Of a stretch of 64,000 nucleotides of DNA, positions 1 through 64,000 are shown in pieces. How positions within the stretch are numbered: position 1 is the first letter of the stretch; every line of letters begins with the position of its first letter. A program made the position numbers and the translations under genes. This DNA is from Octopus sinensis (lineage: Eukaryota): contig NC_042998.1 in the NCBI RefSeq assembly GCF_006345805.1, positions 174,716,001 to 174,780,000 of the forward strand, in the 5' to 3' direction. A model generated the notes under the pieces. The model made no database searches. It was not told where the DNA came from and worked only from the letters and a program-made list of their open reading frames with translations.

Positions 1-349
1 CCAGTACCCCCTAACTGGCTCCCATGCCAGTAACATGTAAAAAGCACCATTCAAACGTGGCCAATGCTAGTACTCTCTGACTGGCCCCCATGTCAGTGGC
101 ACATAAAACACTCTATCCAAACATGATCGATGCTAGGCCTGCCTGACTGGCTCCTGTGCTGTTGGCACATAAAAAGCACCCACTACACACTCGGAGTGGT
201 TGGCATTAGGAAGGGCATCCAGTTATAGAAACATTACCAGATCAGATTGGAGCCTGGTGCAGCAACTGGCTCTCCAGACCTCAGTCAAACCGTCCAACAT
301 GGACGGCATGTCCAGCATGGAAAATGGACATTAAATGATGATAATGATG
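1..349 (+). mobile_element. RTE LINE 3' UTR fragment (GAT-tailed family), runs off window start
   Basis: Shares ggttggcattaggaagggcatccag core, ggcac-taaaaagcacc repeat units and ttaaatgatgat tail with about 15 other copies; family is contiguous with RTE ORF at 33284-34257 and 53200-54955. Confidence 0.8.
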
Positions 350-1399
350 TAAGGATTAGGATGCCTGTACGGTCTGCAAGGGAAACAGAAAACTTATGAG
401 GTCATATTCTATTGAATGTGCAATTTTCACCTGCATAAACAGTGGAGCACAAATGATCTTAGATGCTAGTATTAAGGTGATTAACCAATGTGTCTTGGAG
501 AGATAACTGATCTATTCCAGGGAAGTGTGTGCTTCTGTGCAATCAGAAAGCACTGAAAAAAAAAGAGTTCTGCAACATTTGCAGAGAATCTCTTGGCAAG
601 GAAGATGGATGAGCTCCATTAATAGACAACAGAACAGGCAAACTATACTTTTGGCATTACTTTTAAATTTTTGTCTAAGATTAGTAATATCCAGAATTGG
701 AATCAACAAAAGTGATGAAAGAAAAGGTGAGTGAATCTAACGCTTTATATTTTGCTAGTTCGGAAGAGCAGGAACTGCTATAAATAACAGATAAAATATG
801 GTTAACAGTTACTGCATGCTGGTTTTGTCGATGTCCTGGGAATATCCATGGATACAATCTACAATGTTTGCATTTGCATCAGTGCCAGATATGTGAATAG
901 TATTCTATGAAATACTTAATATATAACAAGCGGCATTACAGAACTGAAAATGAAACACTAAGTAGTGTTTTAACTATCAAGAAACAATGCATCCTTTTAA
1001 ATATGATTTTGTCTGTTTAGAGGTCATCATAGAAAGGAAGGTATAACATTTGTAGAGACAAAAGTTTAAATTAGAAATTAATGAGGTTGCAATATTTTAG
1101 GTGTATCCAACATAAGTATATGTACTGATGCTTTTGCTTCTGTTCAAAAGATGTGTTCCAGAGCTTTACTTACAAAAACTGTGGACATCTGACATGATGT
1201 CTAGGCAGCTGACATGTAGATGACATAACACACATATGTGAAAGATTATGGAAGAGAGGTATTGTCCTTACTGGACTTGTGGTAAAAGATTTACAACACA
1301 ATTTACATCAGGAACATACTCACACTTGTAAAGAATCATAGCTTTGTTATATTTGTGGTAAAATGTTTACACAGTTTGATTCATTAACTTCTCAATATA

Positions 1400-1910
1400 C
1401 TGTAAATCCTCGAGTATAATCCGCATTTTCTTCCCAAAATTTAAAGGTCAAAATCCCTGGTGTGTACTATATACAAGGTTAAAAATGAAAATTATTTTCT
1501 AAGCAATGTCCGAGTCTCTATTTGCTGTCTGGCAATGTTTATTCAGACGCATTTTGTGATGTCGGGAGTGAAAATACCTTAAGCTAAGCCTGAAAGCAAT
1601 GAAGTCATAAAAGAATCATTCATAACTTGCAATAAGCAACATTTATTAAACGTTATTACTGTTATTTCTTTATTTTCTGCAAACAAATGCACAAAAATGC
1701 TACATGTTTGCATTATGTTATATATACAATAATAATAAAGTACGTTACTGTATACATTTTTACAAACCAAGGACGTTATATAGACCTCCTTGACTCAAGT
1801 TAGAGAAGGAGTGTGTATTATACACAAGGTTTAGGTTTTTCCTAGGTACAACCCCCTAAAAATCCCCTGCATATTATACTCAAGGGCGGACTATACTCGA
1901 GGATTTACGG
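1400..1910. mobile_element. 511-bp Tc1/mariner-superfamily (Tc2/pogo-like) MITE, copy 1
   Basis: TIRs ctgtaaatcctcgagtataatccgc / gcggactatactcgaggatttacgg; TA on both flanks; no ORF. Confidence 0.85.
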
Positions 1911-2267
1911 TACATTCATATTGGTGAGAAACCACATCACTGTGATATCTGTGGTAAAACATTCTTCAATAATTGTGATTTATCTTGTTATAGATATACT
2001 CACACAGGTGAAAAATCATACTATTGCGATATTTGTGGTAAAACATTCTTTCACAGGAGTAACATAATTTATAAGCATACACAGGAGAGAAACCATAGCA
2101 TTGTAATGTCTATGGTAAATCATTCTCACATATGTGTAAATTAATTTACCACAAATATATTTATACAAATGAAAAACCATATAATTGTGATATCTGCAGT
2201 AAACATTTTCTCACAGTACATATTTAAATGATCATAAACATACTCACTCTGGGAAGAAACCATACCC

Positions 2268-2432
2268 ATTTCTTTACTACCCACAAGGGGCTAAACACAG
2301 AAGGGACAAACAAGGACAGACAAACAGATTAAGTCAATTATATCGACCCCAGTGCATAACTAGTAGTTTATTTATCGACCCCGAAAGGATGAAAGGCAGA
2401 GTCGACCTCGGCGGAATTTGAACTCAGAATGC
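2268..2432 (-). mobile_element. SINE fragment (gtcgactttgcctttcatcctttcggggtcgataaa core family)
   Basis: Reverse complement of the element at 11806-12025. Confidence 0.8.
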
Positions 2433-3050
2433 TGTGATGAAACTGTAGTAAAACAGTCACAAGAAGTAGTGCTTGAACATCTCATATACGCATTCACACA
2501 GATGACAAACCATACTATTGTGATATTTATGAGAAAACATTCTCCGAAAGAGGAACATTAAATCATGATAAATACATTCACACTGATGAAAAATCACACC
2601 ATAGTGGTATCTGTAGAAGAACATTTACTCAGCGAGTTTGACTCATCACAAACGTTCTCAAATTTTTTTATGGATCATATTATTCAAATCTCTATAGTAA
2701 AACACTTGCATGAAACAGTGCAATATCTTCTCATAAATGGATTCACACAGGGGAAAAACTCATATCGCTTTGATATCTGTGATATAACATTCTCACATAA
2801 AAGTAATTTAACAGTTCATTGGCATATTCACACAAATAAGAAGCCATAGCACTGATATCTCAATGAAAATAAAAAAACATTCTCTATAAATGCTATATAA
2901 ACTTTCTCCGTATTTACAGTTAAAACTCTACCACTATGATATCTGTAATAACATTTTTACATAAAAGCAAATTTAGTCTTGGTTCTTGTTCATACAATTG
3001 AGAAACCATATTGTGATATCTGAACATTGTGATATAGAGCCTCTTAAATA

Positions 3051-3561
3051 CTGTAAATCCTCGAGTACAATCCGCATTTTCCCCCCAAAATTTAAAGGTC
3101 AAAATCCCTAGTGCATACTCTATATGAGGTTAAAAATGAAAAATATTTTCTAAGCAATGTCCAAGTCTCTATTTGCTGTCCGGCAAAGTTTATTCAGACG
3201 CATTTTGTGATGTCGGGCATAAAAATGCCTTAAGCTAAGCCTGAAAGCAATGAAGTCATAAAGGAATCATCCATAACTTGCAGTAAGCAACATTTATTAA
3301 ATGTTATTACTGTTATTTCTTAATTTTCTGCAAACAAAATGCACAAAAAAGCTACACATTTGCATTATGTTATATATACAATAATAATAAAGGACGTCAC
3401 CATATACATGTTTACAAACCAAGGTGTTATATAGACTTCCTTTACTCAAGTTAGAGAAGGGGTGCGTATTATACACAAGGTTTAGGTTTTTCAGAGGTAC
3501 AGCCCCCCAAAAATCCCCTGCATATTATACTCAAGGGTGGACTATACTCGAGGATTTACAG
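3051..3561. mobile_element. 511-bp MITE, copy 2
   Basis: Same TIRs and TA flanks; roughly 90% identical to 1400-1910 by eye. Confidence 0.85.
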
Positions 3562-4095
3562 TATATTCATAGTTGTGTGAAAGCATATCATTCTGATATT
3601 TGCATCAAAGGGGTATGCTATATCACTAGTGTGAATGTACCACTGAAATTACCTATTCGTCTTCATATTCTCTCACACTGGAGAAATTAATTATTTCACA
3701 ACATATCCACTCACATAGGAGAGTAACCTTTTGCTGTTAATTATCTGAAGTAATATTACTCAACAAGGTGCATAGCTTGGAGATCAATGAATCTCTCTAA
3801 GTCAAGTTGCTACCTCATCACTTTGAGAGGTCACAACTCAGATAATATAGACTTGTAATTAGAACGTTACAGGAGAAAATCACAAGATGGATTCTTCAAA
3901 CCAAACCAACTAGCAGGAGACCTAAGGATAGACGAAGAATGAGATGTCTGGATAATTTCCTAGCTTTAGTTGGTCACACTTGGAAATTCAGCCAAAAAGT
4001 GAAATGATGACTTTTGATTGGATCCTATGGAGAAGGTGTCTGAGAATACTACCTTCATAACCCTTCCTGGAATAGTGGGCAGAGAAGATAGATGG

Positions 4096-5160
4096 ATAAT
4101 ATAATATAATAATAAACATTGTGTACAGTGCTCAGGTGCACTACAACTCATCGAAAGTGTATATATAATCAGGTGTAGTTTCGACGGATTTCGGAAAGCA
4201 TGAGGGCCTTAAAGGATGCAGTGTCATGGCAGTCAACAACTGACGCAGGCAGTTTATTCCATGCTTCAGCAACTCTGAGTGTGAAGAAATGTTTCCGAAA
4301 GTCATGGGAGCTGTGTTGTTTTCTGACTTTGTAGGCATGTCCACGTGTGTTAGACACATGGAGATCAAAAAGGTGTTCAGTGTTGTTATTGGTGAGGTGG
4401 TTGACAACTTTGTGGGTGTTTACCAAGTCCGTCGCCAGACGCCGGAGCTTCAGTGAATCCATGCCCAGGGAAACAAGGTGCTCAGAATATGGTAGGTGTC
4501 TGATGGAGGGTATGCGTTTGGTTGCACGTCTCTGAACAGATTCCAGGAGGTCAATGTTCTGAGCAAGATAGGGGTTCCAAACTGATGATGCGAATTCCAA
4601 GTGTGGTCGTACCATAGCTGTATACAGTTTTAAATAGATGGCTGGAGAGCGGCTAACAAAGTCTTGCTGAGTGATGCCAAGACAACCCTCGGCCTTCTTG
4701 ACAATTTTAGAGATATGCTTTGTCCAACACAAATCACTGCTGACAGTGATGCCTAGGTCACGCTCGCAAGAGGATTTCTTGATATCAGTGTTGTGGAGGG
4801 AGTATGTGGACGCAGGGTTTTTTCTCCCAAAATGCATGGTGGTACACTTGTCCACAGCCAGTTTCAGTTGCCAGTCTGTGATCCATTGCTGCATTGTGTC
4901 CAGGTCTGATTGCAGGAAGAGCTGTAGACAACAGGATCTGTCCTCTTGATTTCAAGGTACAGCTTGATGTCGTCTGCATATTTAATACTGTGGCATTCTT
5001 TAAATTTGCATCTATGTCATTAATGTATGCCACAAACAAGAGGGGACCAAGGACAGATCCCTGTGGTACACCCGATGACATCTCATATGGTGTAGAATGC
5101 TGTCCTAGAACTGTGACTACCTCCTTTCGGTTGAGAATGAAGGATTTCAGCCAGTTGGAC
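4096..5160 (-). mobile_element. 5'-truncated CR1/L2-like LINE (RT C-terminus, frameshifted) with (ATT)n tail
   Basis: GVPQGSVLGPLLF (ORF 4785-5081), YADDIKL in a shifted frame, ERDLGI...YTAMVRPHLEFASSVWNPY...LESVQRRATKRI (ORF 4169-4894). Confidence 0.9.
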
Positions 5161-6264
5161 CCTTATTTCCTGTTGCAGCAAAACTGTATCATTTTGACAC
5201 ACTATCAAAGTTCCTTTAATATGCTCATAGATTATTTAAATAAATGAGCCCCTTCTCATGTTAAGCTTATTCACTCTTATTGTGTATGTACACTATAGAT
5301 TAAGTAAATTCAATTCCTGTAGTAAGTCACTCAATCTGTTGAGTTTTAGAGGAATCATTTGAAACTGATTTCACATTATATATCTTGACAAGTATCTTTC
5401 ACCAAGCCATAGTTGTAGAATTTAGCACTGCAAGATAAGAAACTTCTTGTTGATTTTATAGTTGTGATGGTGTAAATAATTAATAAGAATGAAAACTATA
5501 GATATGACAATAAAGAACATTTATATATTACAAAGAAATAAAGTTAGATAAGTAAAGATTTAGTATCAAAAACATTTTATTTTTATTGACTTTATGTCTT
5601 AGAAAGCCATTAGCTGTGAGAGGAAATCATAGAAATATAAACATAATCCTTCTGGACTGTTGATGTGCAGAAAATATGGTGGAGAGATACCTGATGAACT
5701 GTTTCACGGGTTATTGATTGCTCCTCCTCCCCCCAGAGAAGCACCTGATTTTCTTCCCTGTTCTATAGAATATCCAAAATGTTTGAAATCTATATTATTT
5801 TGAGAATTTCAAGAAACCCCAGCATAAACCTTTTCACTCTCAATGCTATATTTCAAGGAATTAAGATTGTAACAAATAATTATAGTAAAGTAATACTCTC
5901 AAGAAAATACAAGGCAAGTGAGGAACTATTCACTTTTAAAACACTGTCTATTACTTCAGAAGTGGAAGGGAGACAGATGATCCTGTTCTTCTTTTTTCAT
6001 TTTGTTTTCATTTGTTTTGTTTTGTTTTTTAACAGGCCTGGTTGTCCAAATTGTCTCTTTCTTATTGGGGCAGAGGGTATAATTTGAGGGAGATTTGGTT
6101 GGCACATCTGACAAGTTGAATAACTACATAGAGACTTCCATCCTTGTTAATATTTAGTTAAAAAATGTGAGGTACAATAATGCTTTCTTGATACGTGCTG
6201 TGGTTATGTCTTCTTACATTTAAAGGAGAAAGCTGAGGTGGCTGAGAGATGGAAACCAGAAATG

Positions 6265-6700
6265 AGAAACTGAATCACTAACTATGGCTACTCAAGAACA
6301 GGGTTTTAGAATGAATTTGATAAAGGCAAAGATTAATAAATCTCAGTCAAAGAGAAAGCAGAGAATGTGTGAAAAAGAGACCAAAAGTATTCACCATCTT
6401 CTAAGTGAGTACATTAAACTATCACAAGAAGTGTATAAATACAGGTAAACTGTGTTGGTAAAAGAGTGCATTGGGATGTTAACCAAGGTTATGGATTTGG
6501 AGTGATGAAAAAGTGGTATGTACACATGATAGAGGCTATCATAGTTAATGATAATTATGGGATTTTGTGTTATTTCTCCAGAGACAGACAGGTCACACTA
6601 TTGAAGCAAGATGATGAAAAATGATTGTGGAAGACAGAAAGAACAGTTTTAGACCATTGAAGTTGTAATCATGTACAGCAGATGTCAAGGAAACTGAGAA
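6265..6700 (+). mobile_element. R4/Dong-like (RLE-type) non-LTR retrotransposon relic
   Basis: Manual translation ETESLTMATQEQGFRMNLIKAKINKSQ...RMCEKETKSIHHLLSEYIKLSQEVYK resembles the AAQEQ/CCHC region preceding the RLE endonuclease (recall, not searched). Confidence 0.6.
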
Positions 6701-6739
6701 CATCAGTACCTAGCCAGAAAGATATACAGATTCTCATTC

Positions 6740-6906
6740 TCTTATTTGTTTCAGTCATTTGACTGCAGCCATGCTGGAGCACCACCTTTAGTCAAGCAAA
6801 TCGATCCTCGGACTTATTCTTTGTAAGCCTAGTACTTATTTTATCGGTTTCTTTTGCCGAACTGCTAAGTTACAGAGACCTAAACACACCAGCATCGGTT
6901 GTCAAG
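6740..6906 (-). mobile_element. 3' part of tRNA-derived SINE (aggagtggctgtgtggtaag family)
   Basis: Reverse complement of 3' end of copies at 19016 and 35715. Confidence 0.8.
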
Positions 6907-7339
6907 TGACGTTCGTGGGGACGATCAACCATAGCCAAATTTAAATTAACACTGCAACAGAACTTTTCCCACAGTTGAACAATGGTTTTTCTCTGACAGC
7001 AGTTTTACATTTTCCAGATGCCTTTAGCTAGGCCGAAATAATGTCTTCACCACTCGACCTTTTCTAACCTCTTCTACTTCCCCAAAAGCTAGAATAGAGA
7101 TAACAAGACCACCAACTAAATCTATTGTTCTTCCCTTCGAAAACAAAAATTTATTTCGCTAAACATTGCATATTTCCTCGGAGACAAAATAAGAAATAAA
7201 TTATTCATATTTCTTAGTTTCAGAAATTATTAATGATGTGTACTAACGTTTGTAATTTCTTTTAAATAAATATCTTTTGTTTATCTTTATAGCGCAGTTG
7301 GATGTCTAATCAATAAGATTAAGATAAAAAAAAATAATT

Positions 7340-7503
7340 GACAGCCGGATGTTTAATTTACAGGACAACTTCTCTCGTCGACACCGTTGTTCTCCCGTCA
7401 ATGGTAGACATTATTGCCACCAGCAAGTTTCCCTGAATTATAGAAAAAGGATTGCAAATTTACAATTCTCTAACGTTGCACTACTTTTATAAAACCACCA
7501 ACC
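7340..7503 (+). promoter_or_regulatory. Putative CDC5L core promoter/5' UTR with ETS-type motif
   Basis: CCGGATGT at 7345-7352 and local CpG retention just upstream of the ATG; position-based inference only. Confidence 0.3.
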
Positions 7504-38354
<30,851 letters not shown>

Positions 38355-38579
38355 ATCTACCTTCTACTATTCCATTTTTATAAACAATATATGTTCAATA
38401 TTTAATTTTGAGGAGATGACAAAGAAAAATCTTGAATTTAGATTTTTTAAAAACCAAATTTGAAGATCCATTCATTCTTTTCCATTCTCATCTAAAATCT
38501 AATTCACCCACGAATACTAAATGAATTAGATGCCATCAACAGGAGTTTATGAAACCACTAATATTTTTGTTTCCAATGT

Positions 38580-38622
38580 AATAAAAAATAACTGTCAATA
38601 TCATAATGACAAGGAAAATAAA
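38580..38622 (+). terminator. Candidate CDC5L polyadenylation signals
   Basis: AATAAA at 38580-38585 and 38617-38622, the latter followed by GT/T-rich sequence. Confidence 0.45.
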
Positions 38623-41013
38623 CACATTATGAAGTTTTATTTTGGTTTAATGCATTTAATATATTGTTTTACTGTAGTTAACTACTGTGTAGACACCACT
38701 CAATAGACATTTGAGTTGTATCAAATCTCAGCTTCTACCACTAAAATAGAAGGGTTCTTTAATTTGTTTTTTTTTTTTCTACTTCAATTATTTAATAGCT
38801 TTTTCATTGTTATATTGCCATTAAACAGCCCATCATATTTTGATATAGATATCAAAATATTTTCCAAGTTTCTCTAGAATTTTTCTATGCAGATATAATG
38901 TTTAGTTTTGAAATAATTTTACACTGTCAAATTGTCATAGAATATGGCAATTTAACAGTAAAAACACAACACTAATATTCATTCCATATATATTTAGAAG
39001 TAAGGATAATACTATCATATATAACTAAATCAAAATATTGCAGTGGTTATTTTTTAAAAATTGTTAAAGAAAACTATACAATGCAATTTCAACTGATGAA
39101 TTAAACAATAATTAATATTTGTACCATTCAAGTATTGAATTCTATTTTTTTTTATTTTGCATTGCTTAAATTCTGAGATATATGACCTCGACGGGATTTG
39201 AACTCAAAATGTGAAAAGCCAGAATGAATAGTGAACATACTTTATCTGACACTAATGATTCTACCAATCCACCTTAGAAAACTGAAAGAAAATTTTCCCT
39301 TCCAGATTCAGTTTCAATATATTGACTTGAATTTGAACCCCTACCAAAGATTTCTGATTATGCTTTATGATTATGACATAACTCAGTTCCTTTAATTCAG
39401 AAACTGCTGCCACAACTTTTTTCCCACCCATGTTAAATACAAATCTGAAAATTATAATAATTATTTCTAATTTTAAATACTCATAGCATAGATAACAACT
39501 GGTATTCTTTTTGTACTTATAATCATATAGCCATGAGTATGAGCAGAATTTGTTGTCAACAAAATTAGAGATATATGTAGTAAGTGATAACAAGGTGAGG
39601 CTAACCTACTAAATGTAGTGAGTTGAAAATATTTTGTAATTGGTCAAAATGTGAATTTAATGAAAAGGAATAACAACATTAATGATTATTCTTGTCAGGA
39701 AAGACAAGAGGAACAACTCCTAAACAGAAATTGATTAAACACTTAATAACGTGTGCCGGGGCCATGTAAAAAGCACCCGTGCCAACACCACATTAAAAAG
39801 CACTCAATACACTCCGTAATTTGATTGGTATTAGAAAGGGCATCCAGCTATGGAGACCATGCTAAAACAGATGACTGGAGCCTGGTGCAGCTCTCTGGCT
39901 TGCTGGCTCCTGTCAGACTGTCCAATCCATGCCAACATGGAAAATAGACATCAAATGATGATGATGCTGAGGTTTGATTTTTTGGTAAATACAGTGACAA
40001 GTTTTAACTTGGTTCAGTCTTGCCAGACCCCTTCAAGCAAGAATAGTCTTTCTTGAAGAAATAACATTAAGCAATTTTAAATAATAGCAAAGATATATTT
40101 ACCATGTCCAGTATATATCTATTGTATTGAGATTTGAATTCATTCAACATGTGATCAAATGCCATTGACTTGACCTTACAGTCATAATGCTACAAAACTA
40201 TCAAGGTTAACAAAAAAAACACAAGACAAAGAAATCATGCTTAAATGAAATGATTTAATGAAATATCAAAAGATTAAAAAATACTCTCATTCTTCATAAT
40301 TTAATGAAAAACAATGTTTAGAAATTATAATTTTCAGATCACAGACATTTGGTAAGTAGCAAATGTCCTAAATTGTGTGAAAGAATATCTCAACTACTTC
40401 AACAGTAATTTTTGTGATCAACTTCATTTTGTGATATAATTCTTAATTATATTCCATATCAATCTCAAAACAAAATGCAAAATCTAAAAGAATATTTAAA
40501 TTTTTTTTTTTCCACTTTTGTATTTTCTTTTCCAATACCAACAATAAGTCTATTAAAAATTTAAATAAAACAATTCTAACAATATAATTATTTCACAGAA
40601 GACCAGTTTCCCTTTTATAAAATGGTTGTGAAGAGGATCTTTAAATGCAGTCATGGACAGAATGGAAGTGAGAAATCTTAATATTTTAAAAAATAAATTT
40701 GAAATTTTTAAAAATGTTTTTTTTCTTTTTTACTTGCATATATATGTTTGTTAAACTGTATATGGATTTTTTTTTTGTTTTATAAAAATTAAAAAAAAAA
40801 CCCAAATCTATCTGTAGTGATCCCAAATAAAAATTTCAAGAAACTGATAAAAAAAAAAAAATTATTGCTTACAAGCATATCTGCCATAATGCTCAAAATT
40901 AGTTATCAATTAGTTACCTTTTAATCGATTTTTATAATTGATAAATAAAAAGAAAAAGACACTCCTCATATATAGGCTAATTAAGATCAGTCCTTGATTG
41001 GTTCATCTAGAAC

Positions 41014-63462
<22,449 letters not shown>

Positions 63463-64000
63463 CTGAAACCAAAATTGAATATTTTCATGAGAGAGATAGA
63501 ATGGAAGAAATAGTAAACTCTAGATAAAATAACCAACAATGTTTAGTTATATCACTTTACATTCTAAATCCAAATCCTGCAGAGATTATTCCTCTGGAGC
63601 TCATGAAATGAAGATCATCAAAGCATTGGGATGGATTCTAAGTAACCACTTCCAATAAAATTTGTGACCCTCTTCTGAACCACAGAAATCATTATTAATT
63701 ACAAGTACTAGAACAGCATCATTGATAGCATTCCAAACTTGCCAAATGGCTTGTAGTCTTTAGTTTGTCCCATGAGGAAAACACTTTTGTATTTACCTCC
63801 CTCTGAGGTCAATACACTAAGTATTGGGGTTAATTTGATCGATTTTATCCTTTCTTTATAAGTGTCTGGCTTTGTGCCAACATGAGAAATTACCATTATT
63901 GCATCTTCTGCAGCTACTGCTGCTGCTACAGCTGAGGTACAATGGATCTGAGGTTGGGTTTTTGAATAATGGTTGTAAGTTCAGACTTAATTCTAATTGC

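Larger units (their letters stand above)
1270..3735 (+). pseudogene. Decayed tandem C2H2 (HTGEKPY-linker) zinc-finger array
   Basis: E.g. 1916 onward reads HIGEKPHHCDICGKTFFNNCDLSCYRYTHTGEKSYYCDICGKTFFHRS; many stops and frameshifts; interrupted by two MITEs and a SINE. Confidence 0.85.

Noticed and set aside
525-734. Possible exon (ttccag...gaaaag|gtgagt) upstream of the zinc-finger relic
   Set aside because: Plausible splice sites but no recognisable protein similarity; cannot be supported without RNA data.
63895-63992. Possible further 5' exon of the TCP11-like gene (- strand, ends aatg|gtaatt)
   Set aside because: A phase-compatible open frame exists but has no recognisable homology and the acceptor is at the window edge; left uncalled.

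Overview
AT-rich animal genomic DNA with spliceosomal introns. The repeat content and a decayed C2H2 zinc-finger array suggest a coleoid cephalopod, probably Octopus (inference from recall, no database search). Two convergent genes: a complete 20-exon CDC5L on + (7504-38354, 808 aa, all junctions GT-AG and phase-consistent) and the 3' eight exons of a divergent TCP11-family gene on - (63462 to 41014; 5' end not established). Introns hold RTE, CR1/L2-like and R4/Dong-like LINE relics, tRNA-derived SINEs, two mariner relics, MITEs, Helitron-type elements and a 5S rRNA pseudogene. Main discovery: a three-part RNA-derived insertion at 41785-42432, in the last intron of the TCP11-like gene. It joins (i) a half-spliced CDC5L pre-mRNA (exon 4/5 junction spliced, intron 5 retained), (ii) the 3' 43 nt of U6 snRNA ending in T5, and (iii) an RTE LINE 3' UTR with a (GAT)n tail. 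It may record an RTE reverse transcriptase copying U6 and a nascent splicing substrate and inserting them about 27 kb from the source gene. A second local copy of CDC5L exon sequence lies in intron 19. All coordinates and identities were read by eye.
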